39,858 bases of DNA from a virus. The DNA lies in IMG/VR virus record IMGVR_UViG_3300026522_000061. One strand, given 5' to 3'. The notes below the pieces were generated by a model, which saw only the letters and a program-made list of their open reading frames with translations, ran no database searches and had not been told where the DNA came from. Shown one piece after another: positions 9,652-18,765 of the stretch (positions are counted from its first letter, which is position 1; each line of letters begins with the position of its first letter). A program made the position numbers and the translations under genes.

Positions 9652-10119
9652 TTACTCTCCGGGGTTCTCAGTAATCGCGCTTTCGTCCAGTACGGTAGGC
9701 TCGCCGTCATTTTCCAGCGAAATGCTGTACGTAGCATCGTCCTGCGCGGGGTCGGTACGCTCCAGCGACGCGATAACGCAGTTACCAACCAAATACGGCT
9801 TTTCGCTGCTCTCGCGCTCCATACATTTCACCTCTACGGATTTGCCGGCTTTCCAAAGTGCCAAAAGCTCCTTGTAGCCGTTTTCGGTCTCGTCGTAGAA
9901 AACCAAACCCTCGGCACTGATAGAATACGAAAGCCCTACCACGCCCTTTTTCTTCCAAAGGCCGCCCGAAATGCCCGCAGTGGCTACCGGCTTAACCGCG
10001 CGCTCCTTGGTTTCGCTGTTAAACGTGGTGGTGTGTGTGGTACAGCTTCCCACCGCTTTGCCGCCTACATAAAGCAGCATATCGCTACCATTGCAGTAGC
10101 CCGTCTTTGTTCCTGCCAT
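9652..10119 (-). CDS. Major tail protein
   Basis: 155-aa ORF in the canonical position upstream of the chaperones. Confidence 0.75.
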   Translation of the reverse strand: MAGTKTGYCNGSDMLLYVGGKAVGSCTTHTTTFNSETKERAVKPVATAGISGGLWKKKGVVGLSYSISAEGLVFYDETENGYKELLALWKAGKSVEVKCMERESSEKPYLVGNCVIASLERTDPAQDDATYSISLENDGEPTVLDESAITENPGE

Positions 10120-10124
10120 AATAT

Positions 10125-10514
10125 CTAAATCTTAACGTTAAATACTAACTGTTGCACATACGCATCATCCTGCCAGCCCTCTTCACTGTCCACCAAATGG
10201 CAGCTGCGCATTACCAGCCCGTCGGTTTCGCCCTGCACGCCATCCAGCGCACCGCGCACGGCCTCGGCCAGTTCCACACCCTCAGTATAGTGCTGAGTAT
10301 AGCAAAGCACCTCGATACCTACCGTATCGGCACCGCGTTTGCCCTTAACCGGGTCTTGCTCCAGTTGGGTGCGGCGATAGACGATATACGGCAGTTCCGC
10401 GCTGTCCTCCACTACCGGGAAAACCTTGTTAGTCCTCGCGGCTACCTCAGCATCTTTAATTAGGATGCCGCGGATAATCTCGCCTGCGCTTAAACTTGTC
10501 TTACCTACAGCCAT
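10125..10514 (-). CDS. Tail completion / tail terminator-like protein
   Basis: 129 aa. Positioned between the gp10-like protein and the major tail protein. Confidence 0.6.
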   Translation of the reverse strand: MAVGKTSLSAGEIIRGILIKDAEVAARTNKVFPVVEDSAELPYIVYRRTQLEQDPVKGKRGADTVGIEVLCYTQHYTEGVELAEAVRGALDGVQGETDGLVMRSCHLVDSEEGWQDDAYVQQLVFNVKI

Positions 10515-11034
10515 ACTTTTCTGCCACTTTAGTTACGTTATCTAATACCATCGCGTGTATATCCTGCGTCACGGTGTCGCGGACGCTGTTTAACGTCTGC
10601 TCCATAAATCCGTACCTGCGCATACGTCCCGTGCGGTGCTGCTGCCTCAGACGTGCAGCGCGCCTGCGCGTTCCCTGCTTCGGCTTGGTCTGTCGTTCCT
10701 CCGTGCCGCCCTCGGCCCAAATAAGTATAGGCTTTTTCAGTCCTTGCCGGTTCGTGTGAAATCCAGCCTCTCCCTTGCCGGTAGTCTTGTTCGCCCGCTT
10801 AGTACCCACAGTTACGCGGAAACCAGCCTTGCGCTTGAATACGATAGCGCGCACGCCCTTTTCCAAATCCTTGCTGCTGTTGATACTGCTACGCAGGTTA
10901 TTTATAGCCGTTTTGCGTACTTGGTTAGCTTCCCTGCGGAAACCTCCCTTTAACGCCTGCACCCTGCGTTTGGGTTCCAGTTCAGCGAATAACCGCTGCA
11001 AATCCCTATCGTCGTAGTCTATACTTGTAGCCAT
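10501..11034 (-). CDS. HK97 gp10-family tail-component / neck protein
   Basis: 177 aa. The N-terminal region (DLQRLFAELEPKRRVQALKGGFRREANQVRKTAINNLR) resembles the gp10 family. The call is also supported by synteny. Confidence 0.65.
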   Translation of the reverse strand: MATSIDYDDRDLQRLFAELEPKRRVQALKGGFRREANQVRKTAINNLRSSINSSKDLEKGVRAIVFKRKAGFRVTVGTKRANKTTGKGEAGFHTNRQGLKKPILIWAEGGTEERQTKPKQGTRRRAARLRQQHRTGRMRRYGFMEQTLNSVRDTVTQDIHAMVLDNVTKVAEKYGCR

Positions 11035-11037
11035 AGT

Positions 11038-11358
11038 TTACTCGTTCACGCGGTCGCAAAGTAGGGTTTTATAGCCCTTATCCAAATTTGGCACAATCGA
11101 AACCACGGTGTACAGATAGCCGCCCACCTGCCGTACTCTCCAGTTCTCGGCCACCGGGTGTGCGTCGCGTATATTAAACTCCGCGCTGTAGGCGGGGAAA
11201 TGTTCGCCCACTTCCTCGCTGCGGTTCCCGGTGGTTCGCACGCGTTCAGCCCGTACCGTCCGCGTCTCGATATAGTCCACCCGTTCCGCGCCCATTCTGT
11301 CCGTTACCCGTTGAGGCTCCAGCAGGGTTAATCTGTATTTCAGTGCGCCCGCTCTCAT
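11038..11358 (-). CDS. Head closure / head-tail adaptor protein
   Basis: 106 aa with a typical size and a YRLTLL...ENWRVR pattern. Its start overlaps the upstream gene. Confidence 0.65.
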   Translation of the reverse strand: MRAGALKYRLTLLEPQRVTDRMGAERVDYIETRTVRAERVRTTGNRSEEVGEHFPAYSAEFNIRDAHPVAENWRVRQVGGYLYTVVSIVPNLDKGYKTLLCDRVNE

Positions 11359-11678
11359 ACCGTGGTGTCGTTAGCCAGTTTTCGATAGGGTTTGATTAGG
11401 GCTTGCAGTGTATATGGTACTTCTGCCATCTGCACGCCGCTAACGGCTTCGCGCTGGTTGTACCAGTGCCCAGCGATTAGTAAGACTGCCTGCTGTAGCA
11501 TAGTCGGCAGCTTGCCGCCGCCCATTTCCAGCAGTTCCGCTGCTTCGCGGTTGGTGGCGGTACATACGTACTGCTCTGCCGCATCCAGCAGGTGCGCCAA
11601 ATAATCGTCATCGTCTGCGAAATCATCCGCGCGGACGTGCTTTTTAAGCAGTTCCAAATCCACTGTAGCCATAATCAA
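11355..11678 (-). CDS. gp6-like head-tail connector protein
   Basis: 107 aa. It carries an LELLKKHVRADDFADDDDYLAHLLDAAEQYV motif typical of the family and lies directly after the capsid gene. Confidence 0.7.
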   Translation of the reverse strand: MIMATVDLELLKKHVRADDFADDDDYLAHLLDAAEQYVCTATNREAAELLEMGGGKLPTMLQQAVLLIAGHWYNQREAVSGVQMAEVPYTLQALIKPYRKLANDTTV

Positions 11679-11711
11679 ACGCTATAAAATTCTACGTATG
11701 TTCTTACTCTC

Positions 11712-12833
11712 TTAGGCACCGCCGCCAACCTTGGCCAGTGCAAACGCCTCTTTGCGCAGTGTGGTGGTAGCGTAGTTAGCGTTAAGCACGAAATCTACAG
11801 CATCCTTGCGGGCTTGGCTGTACGGATCGATAATAAACGAAATATCGCCAAACAGTCCCATAGGCTGGTAACGCCAATCGCCCAAACCTATGTTACCCTC
11901 ACCGATGTAGTTAGTAGTGAACACTGGCAAACCTGCGATATGGTCGTTTTCACAAACCATAATGCCGCTGCCTGCATCCTTTGGCGTAGCCTCGGCGATA
12001 GCTTTCTGCGCCTTGGTCATAACCCAGCAAAGGTTATCACCATCCACACCAGTAGCCAGTACCTTTGCCTTTAGGGTGTTGAACTCCTTAAAGGTAGGTT
12101 CTGCACTGAAATTAGTAGCGGATGCCACCAAACCGACAAACGGGCCTACCAGTGTGGTTGCGCCTGCTACCTTAGTAGTGCTGAAAAGGATTTTGTTAAG
12201 CAGCTTTGCCACTGCCAGCGGCATTAGCTTCTTGACAATCATTTCCAAAATACCGTCGGTCTGCATCATAGCTTGGCGGGTCACTGGAATAGCGATACCC
12301 ACGCGCTGAGGTGCGGCAGTAAGTTTGGACATAGTAATTTTGGTGTCGCTCAGTGCCACACCCTCGCCGGCGATAGTGGCCTCCACTGTCTCGTAGGTAG
12401 GCCAAACGTAGTCACCGGCCAAACCAGTAGGCATAGGCAAACCAACCTTGCCCAAAATAAGACCCTCCACCAGCGGGTCGAGAATATCCTGCACCTTAAC
12501 GGGTACGATACCGCCCGGGACTGCATCGGCCACCATCACCAAATCACGCACTAACATAATTTGGGTCTGCTTGCCGTTCTGCATATTCTCGCGGATAATC
12601 TTGTTTACGTCCGCTACTGTGTTGGGGTTCTCACGCAGCTGCTCGGCGGCGGCTGCCTGCATCTTCATTTGCAGCAGCTGGTTATCGCGGCAAAGGGCCT
12701 CGTACTCCTTGGTCTCTGCCTCGGTACGCTCGCGCTGCTCTTTCTCGCACGTATCAGCGATAGCACTGATACGCTCGCAGTTGGTCTGATACTTGTTTAC
12801 CAACTCGCGCACGTTTACTGTGTTCTTGTGCAT
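11712..12833 (-). CDS. Major capsid protein, HK97 fold, with an N-terminal coiled-coil delta domain
   Basis: 373 aa. Follows the prohead protease. Confidence 0.85.
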   Translation of the reverse strand: MHKNTVNVRELVNKYQTNCERISAIADTCEKEQRERTEAETKEYEALCRDNQLLQMKMQAAAAEQLRENPNTVADVNKIIRENMQNGKQTQIMLVRDLVMVADAVPGGIVPVKVQDILDPLVEGLILGKVGLPMPTGLAGDYVWPTYETVEATIAGEGVALSDTKITMSKLTAAPQRVGIAIPVTRQAMMQTDGILEMIVKKLMPLAVAKLLNKILFSTTKVAGATTLVGPFVGLVASATNFSAEPTFKEFNTLKAKVLATGVDGDNLCWVMTKAQKAIAEATPKDAGSGIMVCENDHIAGLPVFTTNYIGEGNIGLGDWRYQPMGLFGDISFIIDPYSQARKDAVDFVLNANYATTTLRKEAFALAKVGGGA

Positions 12834-12859
12834 ACGTCAAAAACTTTTAGGGGTTAAAC

Positions 12860-13546
12860 TTAATCTATAGACTGCGCAGCAGCGCGGCGCATTTCCTGCA
12901 CTTGCTCGCGCACTTTCTTTTCTCTTTCCTCGGTGGCTGGCTGTGCCTCCATCTTCCGCAGTTCCTCCACCAGCTCGCGCGCCTCAGCCTCGCAGTTGGT
13001 ATCGGGGTACGCAGGGTCAGCAGCCAGCGTAAAATCGTAGATGCCGGTAATAGTATTCACCGTATAGGTTACTATCGTCTTGCCGTTCTCTCGCTTCACG
13101 TCACGGGCTACGTATGCCCTATCGTAATAGTAGGTGCTAAACATAAAGCTGCACCCGGCTATATCGCCGCGGCTTACCAGCTCTAATGCCTTGTCGCCAT
13201 CCACGGTATTAGGCGCGTCGAACTCAAACGCCACGCCCTTATCGTCCACCGTATATTTCAGCGTGCCGCTGCCGTTCTTGCTTCGCGCTAAAATCAGCTG
13301 GCGGTCGTGAAACATCGTCATTTTAATATCGCAGCCGTCCAGCAGTTCTTTGGTTACTGCGCCCGGTGCGATAACCTCGCGTACTTCCTCATCGTCGTAC
13401 TCGTACATAGGCGCGGACGGGGTGTTAAACAGAATAGCGTACCCGGTAATGGTACGGCACTTCTTGCCCTCCTTGTCCTCGCGCACCCGCAAATCTGATA
13501 CTGTGTGCAGCAGGCGGGTAATAACCGTTTCTTTATTCTTGGCCAT
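12860..13546 (-). CDS. Prohead maturation serine protease (HK97/U35-S78 type) with a C-terminal coiled coil
   Basis: 228 aa. Positioned between portal and capsid, overlapping the 3' end of the portal gene. Confidence 0.8.
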   Translation of the reverse strand: MAKNKETVITRLLHTVSDLRVREDKEGKKCRTITGYAILFNTPSAPMYEYDDEEVREVIAPGAVTKELLDGCDIKMTMFHDRQLILARSKNGSGTLKYTVDDKGVAFEFDAPNTVDGDKALELVSRGDIAGCSFMFSTYYYDRAYVARDVKRENGKTIVTYTVNTITGIYDFTLAADPAYPDTNCEAEARELVEELRKMEAQPATEEREKKVREQVQEMRRAAAQSID

Positions 13547-14798
13547 CTTCGTTAGGTTCTTTTGGTTCGTTATTCGGTTCCTGCGCAGGTTGTGCCGGTT
13601 TGCCTGCCTCCGTTATACCCTTTAGGTTGGCAGATACCAGTACGGTATCGCCGCCCTCGATAGGCGGTTTGTTTTCCTCTCTGCGCCACTCGTTCACGGT
13701 GTAGATACCTGCCGCTATGGTCTGCGCTTGGTACTTAATCCTGCTTTCCAAATCGCAGGCATAAAGCCCGCGGCGGTCAAACTGGAATTTACGTTTGCAG
13801 CACAGCGTAGGTGCTACCAGTTTTCTGTGCAGCTCGTTTTCAATCTTGCGCAGGATAGGGTTTAACGTGTTGCTGAGGAAAGCCACGTTAGCCATTTCAG
13901 CCGATTTGTAGTTATTGCTTGTATCATCAAACACAAAAGACGGATGCACGCCAAAGAAACGGCAAATCTCGCGCACGCTAAATTTGCGGGTTTCCAAAAA
14001 CTGCATATCCGTGCTGCTTAACGAAATCGGGCTAAACTGCACCTGCCCCGGCAGCGATACTATGCGCTCACCGTTTCTAAACCTGCCGTCCAAATCGGTA
14101 GCTGTCTTTTCCAGCTCCTTGTCTTGGTACTCGCCAAATCCTCTAACGCTGGTGTCGTTGCTAACGATACCGCGGACGTTGCCGCCGTTGGCAAATCGGT
14201 TTAGCGTCTCTTTGTCGCCCGTGCTGGTAATATCCAGCGTGGTACGGGCAAAGGAAAGCGTAGATAGGCCGTTTTTGCCATCCTTGGTGTAGTTCTTGAT
14301 ATGGATAATTTCGCTTTCGTCCAGCGTCATACTAACGCCCGCCTTAACGTCCGTAATCGTGTACTTGTTATTGTACGTGTCGTGCGATACGGCGGTAGGG
14401 CTTACTAATTTCAGCTCGGCTATATCCATAGCCACAAAATCGTACACCGGCACTATATAGGCGTTACCGTTGAGTAACAGATACTGCACCACCTGCCGCC
14501 AAAAGTCCACGGCAGACATATAGCTGCACGGCTGCACGTTCAAAACGTAGTGCAGTCGGCTGGCTCTATCCTCCACAAAAATATCTCCTTTCAGCCGCAT
14601 ATACTGGATAGGCAGGTTTGCCACACTATCGGCCAAAAGATTAACGCAGCGGTAAACCGTGGCTATCTGTAGCTCGGCACCGGCAGACGTTAGCAGGCTA
14701 ACCGCCCCAGTCCTCGCGGGGCTGGCGGTCTCCTGCGTCGCGGTGCTATCATCTGTACCGCGCTTGAATATGCTACGTATGTTATCGAAAAATCCCAT
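13533..14798 (-). CDS. Portal protein (HK97 family-like)
   Basis: 421 aa. Called on size and synteny with the protease and capsid genes. Confidence 0.85.
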   Translation of the reverse strand: MGFFDNIRSIFKRGTDDSTATQETASPARTGAVSLLTSAGAELQIATVYRCVNLLADSVANLPIQYMRLKGDIFVEDRASRLHYVLNVQPCSYMSAVDFWRQVVQYLLLNGNAYIVPVYDFVAMDIAELKLVSPTAVSHDTYNNKYTITDVKAGVSMTLDESEIIHIKNYTKDGKNGLSTLSFARTTLDITSTGDKETLNRFANGGNVRGIVSNDTSVRGFGEYQDKELEKTATDLDGRFRNGERIVSLPGQVQFSPISLSSTDMQFLETRKFSVREICRFFGVHPSFVFDDTSNNYKSAEMANVAFLSNTLNPILRKIENELHRKLVAPTLCCKRKFQFDRRGLYACDLESRIKYQAQTIAAGIYTVNEWRREENKPPIEGGDTVLVSANLKGITEAGKPAQPAQEPNNEPKEPNEDGQE

Positions 14799-14896
14799 TT
14801 TCTACTGTTGCGTCTCTACTATTACTGGAAAATCGGTAAAATGGTACCCGGTGTTACCCGAAAAGCGTTAAATTTGTGTTAAAATTTGATTTTCCA

Positions 14897-14927
14897 TTTG
14901 GAATATCAAAAATAATGCTTACCTTTG
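14897..14927 (+). promoter_or_regulatory. Bacteroidota-type promoter: TTTG (14897-14900), N19 spacer, TAccTTTG (14920-14927)
   Basis: Matches the -33 TTTG / -7 TAnnTTTG consensus, 32 nt upstream of the ATG at 14959. Confidence 0.6.
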
Positions 14928-14958
14928 CATCAGTTAGAACAATAAAACATTACTCAGT

Positions 14959-15351
14959 ATGAAAAAGTACATAACAAAAAAGGAAATCAAAGGCGCAAAG
15001 ATTAACGATTACGTTAGCGGACTTTTAGACGATATTAACGCGCCCGGCGATATAAACGGCAGGTATTTTTCTTGCTGGTGGTTTGACTGGCACCAAGAAA
15101 AGGAATATATAGACGCTATGAATGAAATTATTTGGGGCCTTTCTCTCAACTATGCTAAAGCAAACGGCGTTTGGTTCAATAATGGCACAGAAACGCAGCT
15201 TAGACTTAGCGAACTGGCAGAATACATCGCGGAGAAACTAAACGTATTTTCCTGCACAGTAATACACTGGCTAAAAGGTATGAAATACGCGCACTATGGT
15301 ATAGACGTTTGCGACGCTTGCGGATTAAATGCAATATACATCAAAAGATAA
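14959..15351 (+). CDS. Hypothetical protein (Trp/Cys-containing, 130 aa) in a plus-strand moron island
   Basis: ORF in a clearly lower-GC segment, on the opposite strand to the flanking structural genes, with its own promoter. Confidence 0.7.
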   Translation: MKKYITKKEIKGAKINDYVSGLLDDINAPGDINGRYFSCWWFDWHQEKEYIDAMNEIIWGLSLNYAKANGVWFNNGTETQLRLSELAEYIAEKLNVFSCTVIHWLKGMKYAHYGIDVCDACGLNAIYIKR

Positions 15352-15360
15352 ATACTAACC

Positions 15361-15382
15361 GGGGCTGGTTCCGGCCAGCCCC
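15361..15382 (+). promoter_or_regulatory. Intercistronic GC hairpin: GGGGCTGG, 6-nt loop, CCAGCCCC
   Basis: Perfect 8-bp stem read from the sequence, 10 nt after the stop of the 14959-15351 ORF. Confidence 0.6.
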
Positions 15383-15399
15383 ACAAAACAAAATCAGAT

Positions 15400-15633
15400 A
15401 TGAATAAGATAGGGCGTAAACAAATTGAGACTATTATTAACAAATTAGAAAGCCTGCGCGACGAAATCGAAACCCTCAAAGATGAGGAACAAGAAAAGTA
15501 CGATAACCTGCCCGATAGTTTGCAGGATAGCGAAAGGGGCGAAACGTTCACCGATAACGTGGATAATATGGAAACAGCCTACGATAGCTTAGATGAGGCT
15601 ATAGGGTACTTGCAGGAAATTTTAGATAGATAG
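15400..15633 (+). CDS. Small acidic coiled-coil protein (77 aa), function unknown
   Basis: ORF in the moron island. Confidence 0.65.
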   Translation: MNKIGRKQIETIINKLESLRDEIETLKDEEQEKYDNLPDSLQDSERGETFTDNVDNMETAYDSLDEAIGYLQEILDR

Positions 15634-15637
15634 CGGT

Positions 15638-15844
15638 ATGGAAAAGAAAGAAAATAGAGGTGGGGCGCGTCCGGGTTCGGGCCGCCCTACCAAATCCACA
15701 GCAGGGGCGCGCGTTACGTTCAGCGTAATGGTGTCGCCCATCACGCGGCAGCGCATCACGGCACTGCGCGCCATCGGGGTAAAGATAGGCGAAAGCGTGG
15801 ACGATATGGTAGCGCAGCTGGCGCACCAGCACGGTATAGAGTAA
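15638..15844 (+). CDS. Small DNA-binding-like protein (GGARPGSGRP motif followed by a putative ribbon-helix-helix)
   Basis: 68-aa ORF starting 5 nt after the previous stop. The R/G-rich N-terminus followed by a beta-strand-like VTFSVMVSP segment resembles RHH/CopG-type regulators. Confidence 0.55.
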   Translation: MEKKENRGGARPGSGRPTKSTAGARVTFSVMVSPITRQRITALRAIGVKIGESVDDMVAQLAHQHGIE

Positions 15845-15850
15845 AAGCAG

Positions 15851-15875
15851 GCCCGCCGTTTGGCGGGCTTTCTTT
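15851..15875. terminator. Bidirectional intrinsic terminator: GCCCGCC, GTTT loop, GGCGGGC, then a T-rich tail
   Basis: Perfect 7-bp GC stem between the convergent 15638-15844 (+) and terL (-) genes. Confidence 0.7.
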
Positions 15876-17580
15876 ATCTCTCGTAGTCGATAAATAGGCG
15901 CATACACATTAGCGTAGTTATAACGCCGTCTATCTTCTGCGTCTGCTTGCGCTTCACCGGCTTGCAGTTCTCCAGCCTATCGCTGTCCAGTACAGCGTTA
16001 CCAAAGCAGTAGGCGTTAATCGGGTTGTCGTTAATAAAGATATGCCCGGTTTTCGCCCCGTGCTCAAAACTTTCTACTGGCGCGGTAAACGTGCCATACG
16101 TCTGCCGTATGCCCTTTATCACATTGCCCGCCCCGGATGCTGCCAGCATATTTATAACTTCTTGGCTTTTCCACGGATCGTAACCTATGCCCAGTATGCG
16201 GACAAACTGGTTTAGCCATAATACATACTCCACTATCCTGCGATAGTCTATAACGTCGCCGTCCGTCAGTATCAAAAAGCCCCTTTCTGCCCACGTTCTG
16301 TATAGTTTTTCGTTAGGATGCCCCGGCAGGGCACCGGCAGGAAAGAAATACGCCGTGTGGAAATAAAAGTTTTTCTGCGCTGCATCGTACATACCCATAG
16401 TTACCGCGCTGAAATCGTCGCTCTCTGATAGGTCTATGGCTACCATAGCGTCGGGTCTGCCCTTTATACCGTCTATGGCCATCGGCTTGCTGATATGCCG
16501 TGCCAGTGTGCTGCTTATCCAGCTGCGCTGCTCGTTCTCTGCGTAAAGGTTCAGCAACTTTGTGCGGAAAGCTAACATAGCCTCGCTGCCGTTGCGTACT
16601 GCGTTCTTGTACTCTTGGCGGTAGAACTCCAGCGAAACGGTTATACCTAAATGCGGATGCACTTTTAGCCACGTACTTTCGTCGTCCTCTGCGTCGTCCA
16701 AATCCGGCTCAAAGATATGCGCGAAAACGCTGTCATCCTCGTACTCTCCCAGCAGCACGGATTTGTAGCCCTGCAACATTTCGTAAAACGGCCCGTCGAA
16801 TACATCGGACGCGGTGGTAATAATGGCCGTCAGTGGATTATCACGCACACCCATAGACGTAGTTAGCACCGTCAGCAGCTCACTGCTGCGGGCTTGGCTA
16901 AATTCGTCCATAATAACCGTGCTGGCGTTCAGTCCGTCTTTGGTTCGGGCGTTGGCAGTAAGGCACTGCGCAAACGCTGTGCGGTCTTTGCGCTTGCTCT
17001 TAACTGTCTGCTCATTGATAGCGTAGCGGCGTTCCTTGGGGTCTAACTTGCGGACGCAGTTACGTATCACGTCGAAACACTTTTTAGCTTGGTCGCTACT
17101 GTTCGCGCCCGTGTAGCTTTCCGCGTTCGCATCACCGTACAGCAAATCGTAGATAGCCAGCGACGCGGTGCTGGTGGTCTTGGAAAACTTACGCGGTACA
17201 TACAGCACCACTTCACGCACCACCCGTTTGTCGCCCACCCAAAACGCAAAGATGCTGGCAAACTGGAAATACTGCACGGGCGTTAGCTCATAACGCCGCT
17301 GCCCTGCCTTGCCGGGAAAGTATAGGCTTTCGTAGAAGTCAGCGAACTGCCATACCTCGGTAGCGTTAATGCCGTATTTGTCGCACATCCTAAAAAACCG
17401 CGCTACTGCCAGCTGCTCGTATAGGTTATGCCCGTCGGGGTTGCCGGCCACCTCGCGTACATACGCATCTAACCGGCTATCCACATCGGTTAGCCGGTAA
17501 CGCTCTATACGCGTGCGTGCCAGCAGATCGGTAACGTCTGCCTTTGCCTGTCTCAGCTTGTCTTTTTCTTCCTCCGTCAT
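15874..17580 (-). CDS. terL: Terminase large subunit
   Basis: 568 aa. Its start makes an ATGA overlap with terS, and its size and layout match Terminase_1-type proteins. Confidence 0.85.
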   Translation of the reverse strand: MTEEEKDKLRQAKADVTDLLARTRIERYRLTDVDSRLDAYVREVAGNPDGHNLYEQLAVARFFRMCDKYGINATEVWQFADFYESLYFPGKAGQRRYELTPVQYFQFASIFAFWVGDKRVVREVVLYVPRKFSKTTSTASLAIYDLLYGDANAESYTGANSSDQAKKCFDVIRNCVRKLDPKERRYAINEQTVKSKRKDRTAFAQCLTANARTKDGLNASTVIMDEFSQARSSELLTVLTTSMGVRDNPLTAIITTASDVFDGPFYEMLQGYKSVLLGEYEDDSVFAHIFEPDLDDAEDDESTWLKVHPHLGITVSLEFYRQEYKNAVRNGSEAMLAFRTKLLNLYAENEQRSWISSTLARHISKPMAIDGIKGRPDAMVAIDLSESDDFSAVTMGMYDAAQKNFYFHTAYFFPAGALPGHPNEKLYRTWAERGFLILTDGDVIDYRRIVEYVLWLNQFVRILGIGYDPWKSQEVINMLAASGAGNVIKGIRQTYGTFTAPVESFEHGAKTGHIFINDNPINAYCFGNAVLDSDRLENCKPVKRKQTQKIDGVITTLMCMRLFIDYER

Positions 17581-17954
17581 TGTTCGGGGTTAATGATAGT
17601 CGGCTGCTTTCTTTTCTTCGTCAGTTTCTTGGTAAGGTCGGCCAGCGGGTCGTCCTCGGTGTTGCCTGCCAGCTCGTCCACTGTCAAACCTAACGCTTTC
17701 ATTTGGCGCGTTACCAGTTCCTGCGCTTCCTTGGCTATCTTGAAAACCGGGTGCGGTGCCAGCTTCTCGCCGTAGCGGGTCGTTTCCCATACGGTGGTCT
17801 CTGTCAGTCCGTCGATTTGGTTGTTAGACATTTCCAAATTACGCATAGCTGAGGCCAGCGATAGTATTTGCATATCCAGCCCTCTGCTGTAGGTCTTGTT
17901 TGCTTTCAGCGTCTTGGTTATTTCCTTGACGTATTCGTTTACGGTCTTTGCCAT
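17577..17954 (-). CDS. terS: Terminase small subunit (P27-family-like)
   Basis: 125 aa, immediately upstream of and overlapping terL. Confidence 0.75.
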   Translation of the reverse strand: MAKTVNEYVKEITKTLKANKTYSRGLDMQILSLASAMRNLEMSNNQIDGLTETTVWETTRYGEKLAPHPVFKIAKEAQELVTRQMKALGLTVDELAGNTEDDPLADLTKKLTKKRKQPTIINPEQ

Positions 17955-18137
17955 ATTTCGCTATAATTTCGTTACTTTTTGTCGTTTTTCTCAGTATTTC
18001 GCGGAGTTTTCGGGCAAAACGCATATTTATGCAGTTCAGCGGCCAAAGTTCCGCAAATCCAAAATTTCACCACGCATCGCAAAAAGGTGGGGGTGAGGTT
18101 TAACGGCAGTGCCCCGTCTTAAAAAAACCGCCCCCGG

Positions 18138-18485
18138 CTAATCCTCCTGCCCGTCTCCAAAAAATTTTTCTATCACCTGCCGGGTCTGTTCGGCGTTGCG
18201 CTTCTTCGTCGCTTCCTTGCCGCACCTGCCTAACTCGGTGTGTGTCCTTACGTGGCAGTCGTGGCACAGTGCCCGCAGGTTCGCGGGGTCGTACATACGC
18301 TGCCGTCTCTCTGCCTTGCCTACCGCTTCCTCCACTGGTCTAACGTGGTGTACCTCGGTAGCGGGTGTTATCTTTCCCTCCTGCTCGCATCGCTGGCAAA
18401 GCGGGTGCGCTGTCAGTACATCGCGCCGCAGGCGCAGCCACCTGCCAGTATGGATTAGCTGGTTATACTCTTTGTCCTTTGCCAT
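18138..18485 (-). CDS. HNH endonuclease (packaging-associated)
   Basis: Motifs CQRCEQEG...EVHHVRP...LCHDCHVRTH. Located upstream of terS. Confidence 0.85.
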   Translation of the reverse strand: MAKDKEYNQLIHTGRWLRLRRDVLTAHPLCQRCEQEGKITPATEVHHVRPVEEAVGKAERRQRMYDPANLRALCHDCHVRTHTELGRCGKEATKKRNAEQTRQVIEKFFGDGQED

Positions 18486-18765
18486 CGCCTTTTATCTTCT
18501 TGTGTGTATAACTGCATACGTTAGTATCGTCGGGCTTGCGATCTGCTTCGCCCAATTCCTCAAACATAGTGTCTATATATGCCCCGTCCTCATCCGGCAG
18601 GTCGTATTTGCGCTGCTCTGCCACCTCCATACGGTCTAACAGTATATGCGCGAATGATACCAGCAGCTCGCAGATATTCTTAAACTTGTACTGCTTGGTC
18701 AGTGCTTGCAACTTGCCATAGGTCGCAGGGTCTATGCTTATGTTCACGCGTTTTCTGTCACTCAT
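18463..18765 (-). CDS. Hypothetical protein, possible ribbon-helix-helix N-terminus (KRVNISIDPATYGKLQAL)
   Basis: 100-aa ORF, tightly packed with its neighbours. Confidence 0.6.
   Translation of the reverse strand: MSDRKRVNISIDPATYGKLQALTKQYKFKNICELLVSFAHILLDRMEVAEQRKYDLPDEDGAYIDTMFEELGEADRKPDDTNVCSYTHKKIKGDGKGQRV

Noticed and set aside
14822-14834. 13-mer TACTGGAAAATCG shared with 2107-2119
   Set aside because: Dozens of 13-mer coincidences are expected by chance in about 40 kb counted on both strands, and the contexts are unrelated (one coding, one intergenic).
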